Assembly: GCA_947589685.1 (NCBI GenBank)
Contig: CANQCN010000002.1
Location: forward strand, 1 to 63,693
DNA: 63,693 nucleotides
DNA from: an uncultured Clostridia bacterium
Lineage (GTDB): Bacteria; Bacillota; Clostridia; Christensenellales; CAG-314
Direction: 5' to 3'
The translations under genes were made by a program, and so were the position numbers. The notes under the pieces were generated by a model, which was given only the letters and a program-made list of their open reading frames with translations, did no database searches and was not told the DNA's origin. The stretch's first letter is position 1, and each line of letters starts with the position of its first letter. Shown piece after piece: positions 35,408 through 45,024 of the stretch.

Positions 35408-36272
35408 ATTTATATTCTCCTTTGGTCCACAGTCCGCTTGCGCCGCAAGGCAGCACTATGCCCTCGTCCGTGGGCAGACATACCTCGTAGGAAAGGACAT
35501 TGCCATGCTTGGGCATTGTGAGCGAAAGCAAATTGTTCAGTACGGCGGGTTGAAGCCCCGTTGTGTAGCTGTTGAGCAGTACAAAAAGCGGATCGTCGCT
35601 CAGTACTTCGGCGCACAATGCGAGAAAATCGTATATGTCCCGTTCCAATTTCCACTCTTCGCCGTTTGCGCCCCGTCCGAAGCTGGGCGGATCGAGGACG
35701 ATCGCGTCGTAACGGTTGCCGCGACGTATCTCGCGCTTGACGAACTTGCGGCAGTCGTCCACGATGTAGCGGACGGGCTTGTCGTCGAGGCGGGAAAGAG
35801 CGACGTTTTCCTTTGCCATTTCCACCATGTTTTTGGCGGCGTCCACGTGACAAACGCTTGCGCCCGCGCTTAAACACGCCGCCGTTGCGCCGCCCGTGTA
35901 GGCAAACAGATTGAGAACGTTCACGGGTCTGCCCGCGCCGCGTATCAGATCTATCATAGTCGCCCAATTGGCGGCTTGTTCGGGGAAAAGCCCCGTATGC
36001 TTGAAATTCATCGGGCGCACGTTGAAGCGCAGATCGCGCCAGCACACCACCCAGCTGTCGGGCAGCTTGCCGTCGTACTCCCAATGTCCGCCGCCGCTGT
36101 TGGAACGTATGTAACGCGCGTCGGGCGCAACGACCTCCGCAAGCGGCTTTGCGGCGTGCCAAATGACCTGCGGGTCGGGGCGCAAAAGCACAACGCCTTT
36201 CCAACGCTCCAACTTTTCGCCGTCGCCCGTAGCTATGATACGATAGTCTTTCCATTCGTTGTTGATATGCAT
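35400..36272 (-). CDS. Class I SAM-dependent methyltransferase (RlmK/RlmI C-terminal-like)
   Basis: VLNLFAYTGGATAA...VLDPPSFGRG. It overlaps the downstream rluA-family gene by 8 nt. Confidence 0.7.
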   Translation of the reverse strand: MHINNEWKDYRIIATGDGEKLERWKGVVLLRPDPQVIWHAAKPLAEVVAPDARYIRSNSGGGHWEYDGKLPDSWVVCWRDLRFNVRPMNFKHTGLFPEQAANWATMIDLIRGAGRPVNVLNLFAYTGGATAACLSAGASVCHVDAAKNMVEMAKENVALSRLDDKPVRYIVDDCRKFVKREIRRGNRYDAIVLDPPSFGRGANGEEWKLERDIYDFLALCAEVLSDDPLFVLLNSYTTGLQPAVLNNLLSLTMPKHGNVLSYEVCLPTDEGIVLPCGASGLWTKGEYKYE

Positions 36273-36397
36273 AACTAAATTATATACAAAAAATTTTTTT
36301 TGTTCAACTGTTTTTCGGAATATTGACCCGCCGCAAATTGTATGCTACAATTGAGCCATATCACGGGCGCGGTTTCGCCCGATACGGAGGTGATACG

Positions 36398-36756
36398 ATG
36401 AAATTTTGTACAAAATGCGGCGCAAAGGTGGACGATCTTTCCCTCACGTGTCCGAATTGCGGCAGCGCCTTGAACAGCTCCGCAGATCCTTTTGACGACA
36501 GACCCGTCAATAGTACGTCCTCGAAGTACAACACTCTTTGCATATTGGGATTTGTTTTTTCCTTTCTGTTCGCTTTGGTCGGCTTGATACTGTCCATAGT
36601 CGGACTGAAAAAGCCAAATCGACGGGCGAACAAGGCGCGGGACTTGCCATTGCGGGCATAGTTATATCCATAGTCAATTGGGTCACGATGTTTTTGATCG
36701 AAATTTTGTTTATGCAAGAGTTCCTCGCTCAATTGGGGCTTGCGGCTCTTTTGTAA
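36398..36756 (+). pseudogene. Zinc-ribbon / DUF4190-like small membrane protein interrupted by a -1 frame change at an A5 run
   Basis: Frame 1 reads MKFCTKCGAKVDDLSLTCPNCG...LILSIVGLKKPNRRANKARDLPLRA and stops at 36661. The family-typical continuation AKSTGEQGAGLAIAGIVISIVNWVTMF...LL runs in the -1 frame to 36756. The switch point is CTGAAAAAGCC (A run 36608-36612). Confidence 0.55.
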
Positions 36757-36814
36757 GGGTTATCGCACAAAGCGGACCGACTTGAAGTTCGGTCCGCTTT
36801 TTTTTGCCGAAAAA

Positions 36815-39800
36815 CTATTTTGCCGCTTTGGTGATATACAGCGTAAACTTTTCGCCGTTGACGTCCCATTCCTTGGCATAGGTGCCGCAAGACGCGCGTT
36901 CGACGCGGTCGGCAAGCGTTCCGTCGCATATTTCGGCGGAATAACGCTCGAATATGCCGCCGAGATGTTCGTCCGCGGCGTATCCCACCACTATGTGATC
37001 GGTCACGACAAGATCGCTTTCCTTGCGCATTGTTTGAATTTTCGACACTATTTCGCGCACAAGTCCTTCTTCGATGAGCGAATCGGTCAACGTCACGTCC
37101 AATGCCACGGTGTCGCCGTGGTCGGACACGACGGAATAGCCCTCCTTGTTTTTGGAGGATATGAGCAGGTCGCTCTCCGTCACTTCCACCTTGTCGCCGT
37201 CCAGGTCAAACAGATGCTTTCCGCCGTTTTTGACGTGTTCCACCACTTCGCGCGCCTTTGCGCCGAGGTTAGCCAACGTTTCGCGTATCTTGCCCAGCAG
37301 CTTGCCGTACTTGGGACCGAGCGTTTTGAGCTGCGGCTTGATCTCGTAGTCGGCAAACTCGTCGGCGGAATCCACCTTGACGAGTTCCTTGACGTTAAGC
37401 TCGTTTTTGATTATGTCCGCCGCTTCGCCGTCCAGATCGCAATCGGTCGCCACGTACATTCGGGCGAGGGGCTGACGGTTTTTGACGTTGGCGGCGTTGC
37501 GGGCGCTGCGACCCAACACAACGAGGTCCAGCACCTTTTCCATAGCTTTGTTGAGACGAACGTTGATATACTCGTCTCGCGCAACGGGGAAATCGCACAT
37601 ATGAACGCTTCTCGGAGCGTCGTCAAAGCAGTTGGCGGTTATGTTTTGATAGATACTTTCGGTGATGAAGGGCACAAAGGGCGCAGCCGTCTTTACCAAC
37701 GTGTCCAAAACGGTGTACAACGTCATATACGCCGCTTGCTTGTCCGCAGTCCACTCGCTGCCCCAATATCTTTCGCGGCAACGACGCACGTACCAATTGG
37801 ACAGCATATCGGTAAAACGCTCGATGGCGCGGGCGGAATCGGTTATTTCGTACCTTGAAAGCCCCTCGTCCACGGTTTTTACCAATTGATTGACTTCGGA
37901 AAGTATCCACTTGTCCATAAGCGTGAGCTTGCACTCGTCAAGATCGTACTTCGACGGGTCGAAGTCGTCTATATCCGCGTACAGCACGTAAAAAGCGTAG
38001 GTATTCCACAGCGTACCCAAAAACTTGCGCTGCGTTTCGCTGACCGCCTCGTCGTAGTAGCGGCTGGGCAGCCACGGAGCGGACGACGTGTAAAAATACC
38101 ACCGCACCGCGTCGGCGCCCTGTTTGTTGAAGCTGTCCCACGGATCGACGACGTTGCCCTTGTGCTTGCTCATCTTTACGCCGTGTTCGTCGCCCACCAA
38201 ACCAAGCACTATGCAGTTGCGGAAGGGCGCTTTGTGAAACAGCAGCGTGGAAACGGCGATCAGAACATAAAACCAACCGCGGGTCTGGTCGACCGCTTCG
38301 CTGATGAAATCGGCGGGAAAATTGCGCTCGAAAAGCTCTTTGTTTTCAAACGGATAATGGAATTGCGCATAGGGCATACTGCCGCTGTCGAACCAACAGT
38401 CTATCACTTCGGGAGTACGCACAAATTCTCCTCCGCAGTCGCATTTCCAGGTGCATTTGTCGATGAACGGACGGTGCAGCTCGATGTCCTCGCCGCAGCC
38501 GCACTTTTCGGCAAGCTCCTTGCGGCTGCCTATCACATGCAGTTTGCCGCACTTGTTGCATATCCACACGGGCAGGGGCGTACCCCAATAACGGTCGCGG
38601 GAAATGCCCCAATCGATGACGTTTTCCAAAAAGTTTCCCATACGTCCGCTGCCTATCGTGGGCGGGATCCAATTGATGGAATTGTTTACCTTGATCAATT
38701 CGTCCTTGACCGCCGTCATCTTGATGAACCAGGACTTGCGGGCGTAATAGATCAACGGCGTGTCGCAGCGCCAGCAGTGAGGATAGCTGTGTTCGAACAT
38801 AAGCTCCGCTTGCAGCAAGCCGCGGTTTTTGAGGTCGCGCAAAATGAGCTTCTCCGCGTCCTTGCAGAACACGCCCGTAAGCTCGCCGCAGCCCTCGATG
38901 AACTTGCCGTCCTCCCCCACAAGCTGCACAAAAGGCAGATCGTAGCGGCGACCCACGTTGGAGTCGTCCTCGCCGAAAGCGGGCGCGATGTGTACTATGC
39001 CCGTGCCGTCGGTAAGGGTGACGTAGTCGTCGTTTGTGACGTAATAGCAGTCGCGATCGGACACGTCGGCGTAGCCGTACAAAGGCTTGTAGTGTACGCG
39101 CTCGTAGCTGCTGCCCTTTTTGACGTCCACGACGGAGTACGTGCCCTCCTCGAAATGCTTGGAAACAAGCTCCTTGGCGAGAATGTAGCGCGCGCCGTCA
39201 TGCTCGATCGTTGCGTAGTCGAAATCGGCGTTCATACACAGCGCGACGTTGCTGGGCAGCGTCCAGGGCGTGGTCGTCCAGGCAAGAAAATAGGTGCCCG
39301 GCTGCTCCGTCAGCTCGAAACGCGCCACTGCGGACTTTTCCTTTACGTCCTTGTAGCCTTGCGCCACCTCGTGCGAGGACAAAGCCGTGCCGCAGCGGGG
39401 GCAATAGGGAACTATCTTGAAGCCCTTGTACAGCAGACCCTTGTCGTAGATGTTTTTGAGCGCCCACCACTCCGACTCAATGTAGTTGTTGTCGTACGTA
39501 ACGTAGGGGTGTTCCATATCCGCCCAATACGCCACGCGGTCGGACAGCTCCTCCCACTCGCCCTTGTACTTCCAGACGGACTCCTTGCATTTGTTGACGA
39601 ACGGCTCGATGCCGTACTCTTCGATCTGCTTTTTGCCGTTGATGCCCAGCTGTTTTTCCACTTCCAGCTCGACGGGCAGACCGTGAGTGTCCCAACCCGC
39701 TTTGCGCAGCACGTTGTAACCCTTCATCACGCGATAACGGGGAATGAGATCCTTTATCGAACGGGTCAGAACATGCCCGATATGCGGCTTGCCGTTGGCT

Positions 39801-39946
39801 GTGGGGGGACCGTCGTAAAAAGTAAAGCTGCCGTCGCCCTTTGCGGCGGTCTGCTCGAATATTTTGTTGTCTTTCCAAAATTTGAGAATTTGCTTTTCTC
39901 TGTCTACAAAGTTAAGCGAACTGTCTACTTTGGTATATTTGGACAT
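36815..39946 (-). CDS. ileS: Isoleucine--tRNA ligase, type 2
   Basis: 1043 aa with a GPPTANGKPHIGH (HIGH) motif and KMSKHKGN (KMSKS). The N-terminal pattern is of the IleRS2 type. Confidence 0.95.
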   Translation of the reverse strand: MSKYTKVDSSLNFVDREKQILKFWKDNKIFEQTAAKGDGSFTFYDGPPTANGKPHIGHVLTRSIKDLIPRYRVMKGYNVLRKAGWDTHGLPVELEVEKQLGINGKKQIEEYGIEPFVNKCKESVWKYKGEWEELSDRVAYWADMEHPYVTYDNNYIESEWWALKNIYDKGLLYKGFKIVPYCPRCGTALSSHEVAQGYKDVKEKSAVARFELTEQPGTYFLAWTTTPWTLPSNVALCMNADFDYATIEHDGARYILAKELVSKHFEEGTYSVVDVKKGSSYERVHYKPLYGYADVSDRDCYYVTNDDYVTLTDGTGIVHIAPAFGEDDSNVGRRYDLPFVQLVGEDGKFIEGCGELTGVFCKDAEKLILRDLKNRGLLQAELMFEHSYPHCWRCDTPLIYYARKSWFIKMTAVKDELIKVNNSINWIPPTIGSGRMGNFLENVIDWGISRDRYWGTPLPVWICNKCGKLHVIGSRKELAEKCGCGEDIELHRPFIDKCTWKCDCGGEFVRTPEVIDCWFDSGSMPYAQFHYPFENKELFERNFPADFISEAVDQTRGWFYVLIAVSTLLFHKAPFRNCIVLGLVGDEHGVKMSKHKGNVVDPWDSFNKQGADAVRWYFYTSSAPWLPSRYYDEAVSETQRKFLGTLWNTYAFYVLYADIDDFDPSKYDLDECKLTLMDKWILSEVNQLVKTVDEGLSRYEITDSARAIERFTDMLSNWYVRRCRERYWGSEWTADKQAAYMTLYTVLDTLVKTAAPFVPFITESIYQNITANCFDDAPRSVHMCDFPVARDEYINVRLNKAMEKVLDLVVLGRSARNAANVKNRQPLARMYVATDCDLDGEAADIIKNELNVKELVKVDSADEFADYEIKPQLKTLGPKYGKLLGKIRETLANLGAKAREVVEHVKNGGKHLFDLDGDKVEVTESDLLISSKNKEGYSVVSDHGDTVALDVTLTDSLIEEGLVREIVSKIQTMRKESDLVVTDHIVVGYAADEHLGGIFERYSAEICDGTLADRVERASCGTYAKEWDVNGEKFTLYITKAAK

Positions 39947-39990
39947 AGCTACTCTCCTTGCCGATATTTTGTCAATTGAATGAAAACTTC

Positions 39991-40245
39991 AAAAAAAGCG
40001 GCGCGTCAGAAAAACGCACCGCTGAGCTTGCAACCATTTCCGACGGGTACGGCTGCACAGATGAATATATGTGCAGATTATACCGTGCGCCTTGATAACG
40101 GAGCGCTTGCCGTACTTGCCTACGAAAATTTTCAGCAAGTCTACTTGCGGGGCGATAGCTTTCGGAGCAACCGCGCGCGCCTTTCAGCCGCAGGACGCGC
40201 TCTCTGTGCCGCTTGACATCCGCAGTCTTGTCCCCACTCGAACGT
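39991..40245 (-). promoter_or_regulatory. T-box-like leader with terminator upstream of ileS (tentative AUC specifier)
   Basis: Minus-strand elements include AGAGAG...GGCUGAAAGG (Stem I-like), GAAAGCUAUCG (AUC at 40154-40156), CCGUUA (F-box-like), and the terminator AGCGGUGCGU/ACGCGCCGCU plus U7 (39991-40023). I could not find a canonical T-box 14-mer. Confidence 0.5.
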
Positions 40246-40403
40246 ATTTGATTATTGACTACATTTTAACAAATATTGCGGCGATTTGCAAGCGAATCAG
40301 ACAACTAAAACGCATGCAAAACGTCAAATTGCCACGCAACGGCTTGACCGCCCGTCAAACAAACGGTCGGCGTCTCGTTGTCGCGCAAACAAAGCCGAGA
40401 TTA

Positions 40404-41066
40404 TCAGAAAAATACTTCGCGGGCGCGCTGCTTGACTTCCTGCGAGGCGGCAAAGGGTATACGCGTCGTGTATCCCGCGCGGGCGGCGACGATCATCTTG
40501 GTGGGCCAAGCGTAAATGTCGCGGTTCCATTGATTTACCGTGTCGTTGTACAGCTCGCGCGCTGCGGTGATCTCCTTTTGCAGATAGGCGTTTTGGCTCA
40601 TTGCCTGCTGAATGTCCTGATGCGCTTTGAGATCGGGATAGTTTTCCAAGGCGACATTGACTTGCGCGTGCAGATTGTCGATGGCGGTCGCCACGCTTGC
40701 GCGATCCTCGTCGGCGATATGCCCGCTGCGCAACGCCGCGATCTGCGTGAACGTGGTTTTGTCGAGATCGATGCTGCGCTCCAAGATCTTTGCGGTGTTT
40801 TCCAACACCACTACGCGCTGTTCGAGGTAGTTGTCTATCTGCGAAGCGTCATGCTGCAATTTTTGTTGCAGCTGTTGCAGATAGTTTTTTGCTTTTACCT
40901 TCATAAAAAGGAACACAATGCCGGGAATGATACCCAACACCCAAAGCATAACCTCGAAAATTATACTGCCAACGCCCACCTTGACGGGGAGCTGCTTTTG
41001 AATGACGTTTACGTCTTTGCCGGCGGGATCTACCGGACCGGTCATTTCGTCAAGTTCGTTTGCCAT
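40404..41066 (-). CDS. lemA: LemA family protein
   Basis: N-terminal TM helix followed by NYLQQLQQKLQHDASQIDNYLEQR...ENYPDLKAHQ...LYNDTVNQWN, the LemA pattern. Confidence 0.8.
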   Translation of the reverse strand: MANELDEMTGPVDPAGKDVNVIQKQLPVKVGVGSIIFEVMLWVLGIIPGIVFLFMKVKAKNYLQQLQQKLQHDASQIDNYLEQRVVVLENTAKILERSIDLDKTTFTQIAALRSGHIADEDRASVATAIDNLHAQVNVALENYPDLKAHQDIQQAMSQNAYLQKEITAARELYNDTVNQWNRDIYAWPTKMIVAARAGYTTRIPFAASQEVKQRAREVFF

Positions 41067-41151
41067 AGTGTTTGTTCTCCTTTTTTGATATTTTTACTAA
41101 AAAATGCGATATGGGATCGTTTTTTTGTCAAAATTTACTTGGCGGCTGTCG

Positions 41152-42879
41152 CTATAATATATTTGCCTTTATGCCGCCGATAAACAAGGCGTTGTCCGCA
41201 TTGGTGCGATTGAATTCCTCCCGCGTGACGTCCAACGACTGCAAACTAATATCCGTGATCTGCTCCAACGGCAGATAGAGCGTCCAATTTACGGGCACTT
41301 CGTAGGTGTTGCCGTCTCTGCAATGCACGGGAACAAAGTCTACCTGCGGCACCGTCTCGAAGCTGTGCGCGGTGATATGCGCCACGACGCCATGCTCGTC
41401 CGATTCCGTTTGGGCTTTCAGTATCAATTGCGTCGCGGTGGAGGGGTGCGCAAGCCGATTGCCGTCAAAATAGTTTGCCACCGCTTCCGCCTCCCAAGGA
41501 CCGATGTCGCCTATCTTGGTACACTCGCCAAACTTGTGCGCGGGCAGATCCTGCGTGTACAGCGGCACCGAAAACAGCGGCGCAAAGTCAAAGTACAGCG
41601 AACGGAAGTAGTTGCAGTTGAAGTCCACAAAGTTTTGACGCGCACGGGCAAGGTCGAAATCTATGAACCTTGTGGGATTGGCGTCTATTTCCAGCTGCGC
41701 GCTGTGCCGAGAACGTATCACGTTGACCGCGCCCAGCTTGTCGAAATAAAAGTCGTCTCCGTAGGGCTTTTTGCTTGTCAAAAGCTCCACCATATTTTGC
41801 TGAGCCAACGGCGTAAACATCATGCGAAACTGCATTTCGTTGTCGCGATCGTCCGCGCCGAACAGCACCTCGAACTCGCTGTTTGCCAGCTTGTTGTAGC
41901 TGCCGCCGTCTTTTACCGCTTGGCGCGCTTTCTTTTCCAACGCCTTTTCGCCGCGTTTGACCAGCTTGTCTACGTCCTTGTCGTCCGCGTCAGCAGGCAC
42001 GACGGGCTTTCGGCTGAAATGCAGATCCGCCGCCGCATCGCTGCCGAAAAACAGATAGGTCACGTAGCGGTAATCGGGCTTGGGCTTGACGACAGTGGCA
42101 ACGAGCGTTTCCGACTTGGTGACGCTGCGTCTGTTGCCTTGCGAATCCGTCTCCCACTCCGTCCAGGTGACCAGGCGCGTGCCCGTGTAGGTGTGAGGCA
42201 CCATGCTTTGGCGCAAAAAACGCGTGTACAAAAAGGGTCTGCCGTCGCTGTTGCCGCTTTTTACGCACACTGCCGAGCTGTCCTCTCCGTAAACGGCAAG
42301 GGTGCAATGCTTGTCGAAGTACGCAAGCTTTTCCTCGTCGAAATATTTGTCGAGTTGAATGTGCGGAACGGTTCGGTAGATGAGATCGTTGACGATATTC
42401 CAATCGTATTTGGAGTTGAGCGGCTGCATCTGCCGCCAGGCTCGGCTTTCTATATCCGCGACGGTTTGTTTGTGATCAGCAACCGCTTTGCCGCCCTCCT
42501 TGACGCGCTTGTTGAGCAGGGCGCACACTATCGCTATCAACGCCGCCGCAACGGCAACGCACAGCACCGCGACAAGTATGCCCACCCAACGCAAGGAATC
42601 GTTCCACATACCGAGACAAACGATAACGCCCGCAAAGGGCAAGATCACGCTGAGCGCTATCAAAAAGATTTTGAGCCCTTTGTACTTTTTTAGGTAGGCG
42701 TCGGCAGCCTTCAATTTGTCCAGCGCCTTTGCCCGTTCCTCCATAAGCGCGGCGTTTTCCTCAGGGGATACGCCCGACTGCCCGACCAAATCGTCGAAGT
42801 ATTGTTCCGTCAGCTGCTTGTTTTTGGCTTGATACTCGTCGAAATAGGACTTGACGGGAGTCAAAATACTTTCATCCAT
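41152..42879 (-). CDS. Hypothetical 575-aa membrane protein (coiled N-terminus, 2-3 TM helices, large C-terminal domain), upstream partner of lemA
   Basis: RBS AAGGA. TM segments IFLIALSVILPFAGVIVCLGMW and WVGILVAVLCVAVAAALIAIVCALL. No family recognised. Confidence 0.65.
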   Translation of the reverse strand: MDESILTPVKSYFDEYQAKNKQLTEQYFDDLVGQSGVSPEENAALMEERAKALDKLKAADAYLKKYKGLKIFLIALSVILPFAGVIVCLGMWNDSLRWVGILVAVLCVAVAAALIAIVCALLNKRVKEGGKAVADHKQTVADIESRAWRQMQPLNSKYDWNIVNDLIYRTVPHIQLDKYFDEEKLAYFDKHCTLAVYGEDSSAVCVKSGNSDGRPFLYTRFLRQSMVPHTYTGTRLVTWTEWETDSQGNRRSVTKSETLVATVVKPKPDYRYVTYLFFGSDAAADLHFSRKPVVPADADDKDVDKLVKRGEKALEKKARQAVKDGGSYNKLANSEFEVLFGADDRDNEMQFRMMFTPLAQQNMVELLTSKKPYGDDFYFDKLGAVNVIRSRHSAQLEIDANPTRFIDFDLARARQNFVDFNCNYFRSLYFDFAPLFSVPLYTQDLPAHKFGECTKIGDIGPWEAEAVANYFDGNRLAHPSTATQLILKAQTESDEHGVVAHITAHSFETVPQVDFVPVHCRDGNTYEVPVNWTLYLPLEQITDISLQSLDVTREEFNRTNADNALFIGGIKANIL

Positions 42880-43055
42880 CTTTCATCCTTTGCCCCGACC
42901 GCGGTCGGAACATATCGCAAAGCTTGCGTTTTGTCCGTTGTTGTATATTCGCATTTTATCATTATTGAGACACGTTGTCAATATTTGTCGGGCAAATTGT
43001 GTTATATATATGCCGTTTTTACCACAAAAAACGCCGCAGTTGCCTGCGACGTCGT

Positions 43056-43262
43056 TCAATCTTTTTTGCGAAGCTTGCGCTCGTTGCCCTTGTCGTCCAC
43101 CACGTACACATTGTCGAGGGTAGCCTCGGTTGCCGCCCGCCACTCGGCGATGTACTCGCGGCGCAGACGAAATTGCTCTTCCTTTTCCTCCGCGGTAAGC
43201 CCCGCGGGAGTCTTGGACTTGCGCGCCAGCTCGTTTATTCTGTCGATCTTGCTTTGCTCCAT
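43056..43262 (-). CDS. DUF896 (UPF0291, YnzC-like) small protein
   Basis: MEQSKIDRINELARKSKTPAGLTAEEKEEQFRLRREYI. Confidence 0.8.
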   Translation of the reverse strand: MEQSKIDRINELARKSKTPAGLTAEEKEEQFRLRREYIAEWRAATEATLDNVYVVDDKGNERKLRKKD

Positions 43263-43699
43263 GCGCTTGCTCCTTTTGTTACATTGTAGCACAACGGCGG
43301 ATACAAGTCAAGTCGGCGCTTAACATCAACCGACGACGGAAAAGCTTTCGGTTTGTTGACTTGAACGTAATGACCGCTTGTTTTTATTGTTGCCGTCACG
43401 CACACTCACGACCGCGTCCAAGTTTCGAAGCAATAAGTATAGGTAAGGTATTCGGCATTTTGAATCGGGTCGGTGAGCGTTAAAGGAGTATCGCCCGCTT
43501 GCCAGCCATCAAATGCGATAATTTTTTCTTTTTCGCTGACTTACGAGAGGTTTCATAACGTTGCCGACCGATCATATTTGTCAAACGAGCCTCGATCGTA
43601 AAAAAGTTGAGCGACTGCGACATATTTCGACAAACAGACCTATATGCAAGGTGACGGAAAAGGGTTGCAATTTGGCAAAAGATAGTGTATAATGATGTC

Positions 43700-43964
43700 A
43701 CTGCGCTAAGCGGGGAGCCGGCGGTGCCCTGTTGCTCACAATCCGCCATAGTGAGGCTGAATGTTGCAGGCGGCTCTCGGCGTGGAAAGCTGGAAACGGC
43801 AAGGAGTGTTGATACCAAGGTCTTGTGCAACGTGACGCTGTCAACCGTGTCAGGATGGGGACATAGCAGCACTAAGCAGTTTGAGCGTGTGCCACGAGGT
43901 AGCTTTGGAGTAGCCACCTACCGCGATACCGTTTCGGCGTCGATTGTCAACTGCAACGCGCAGG
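43700..43964 (+). ncRNA. ffs: Signal recognition particle RNA, long Bacillus-type (with Alu domain); ends approximate
   Basis: TTGCAA...TATAAT (43688-43693) lies upstream. The domain IV core GUGUCAGGAUGGGGACAUAGCAGCACUAAGCAG...GCGUGUGCCACGAGGUAGC parallels GUCAGGUCCGGAAGGAAGCAGC...GCGUGUGCC...UGUAGC. An Alu-like segment GUGAGGCUGAAUGUUGCAGG is present. Terminal pairing is CUGCGC (43701-06) with GCGCAG (43958-63). Confidence 0.8.
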
Positions 43965-43997
43965 TTTAGAATTTTGGTCGCCGATCGGCGACGTTCT

Positions 43998-44025
43998 GCG
44001 ACCGCAAAAACGTGCGGTCGCTTTT
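43998..44025 (+). terminator. Rho-independent terminator downstream of the SRP RNA
   Basis: GCGACCGCA-AAAACG-TGCGGTCGC followed by TTTT. Confidence 0.7.
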
Positions 44026-44042
44026 GTTGAAAGGAGTTTACT

Positions 44043-44978
44043 ATGGACGAAAAGAAATTTGCGGTGCTGATCGACAGCGACAACGTGTCTCACCGCTACG
44101 TCAAGACGATAATGGACGAAATCACCAACGTGGGCGTGCCCACGATAAAGCGTATCTACGGCGATTGGACCACGGCGGAGAAACAAAGCTGGAAAAAATT
44201 GCTGTTGGAATACGCTTTGACGCCTATGCAGCAGTACAGCTACACCAGCGGAAAAAACAGCACCGACTCCGCCATGATAATAGACGCCATGGACATACTG
44301 TACACGGGCGACGTGGACGGATTTTGTCTGGCAAGCAGCGACAGCGACTTTACCAAGCTGGCAACGCGGCTGAGAGAGGCGGGCAAGATCGTCATCGGTA
44401 TGGGCGAACGCAAAACGCCCGTGCCCTTTGTGAAGGCGTGCAGTCAGTTCAAGTACATCGACGTGCTGTCGGACGACAAGCCCGCCGTGCAAAAAGCCGC
44501 CAAGGCAAAGAAACCCGCCAAGGCGGAAGCCAAGACGGAGCAAGCCAAAGCGGCGGACGCGCCCAAAGCCAAAACGGAGCAATCGGCTACGAAGAAACGC
44601 CGCGGCAACACAAAAGCAAAGGCGGAAACCAAATCTGCCGCCGACCCCAAAACGGCGCAGGACGCGGAGTTGAAAACGGAAGCTTTTGCCGAGCTTAGCC
44701 CCGAAAAGGACAACGGCGAGGACTCCGCCACGCCGCTTTACGAGATCGAGGACGCCATACGCAAAATAATCGAGGACAGCGACGAAGAAAGCGGACTTAT
44801 ACCCGCCAGCCGCGTAGGATCGATATTGCAAAACCGCTATCCCGACTTCGACACGCGCAACTACGGGTGCAGACGCATGACGGATCTGCTGAAATTGCTC
44901 AACATACCAACGCAAAGCTTCAACGACCCCAACAACCCCGTGCAAAACGCCGCGCTGCTGTTTATAAAAACCAAATAA
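44043..44978 (+). CDS. NYN-domain (LabA-like) protein with a Lys/Ala-rich linker and a C-terminal OST-HTH/LOTUS domain
   Basis: The N-terminus FAVLIDSDNVS...RIYGDW...NSTDSAMIIDAMD...CLASSDSDFTKLATRLREAGK is a NYN pattern. The C-terminus GLIPASRVGSILQNRYPDFDTRNYGCRRMTDLLKLL is a LOTUS pattern. Confidence 0.8.
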   Translation: MDEKKFAVLIDSDNVSHRYVKTIMDEITNVGVPTIKRIYGDWTTAEKQSWKKLLLEYALTPMQQYSYTSGKNSTDSAMIIDAMDILYTGDVDGFCLASSDSDFTKLATRLREAGKIVIGMGERKTPVPFVKACSQFKYIDVLSDDKPAVQKAAKAKKPAKAEAKTEQAKAADAPKAKTEQSATKKRRGNTKAKAETKSAADPKTAQDAELKTEAFAELSPEKDNGEDSATPLYEIEDAIRKIIEDSDEESGLIPASRVGSILQNRYPDFDTRNYGCRRMTDLLKLLNIPTQSFNDPNNPVQNAALLFIKTK

Positions 44979-45024
44979 AAAGACAAGCAAAACCCGTCTC
45001 CGCGGCAAACGGAGACGGGATTTT

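Noticed and set aside
43480-43917. 145-aa minus-strand ORF
   Set aside because: It overlaps and is antisense to the SRP RNA gene. It has no RBS and its composition is not coding-like.
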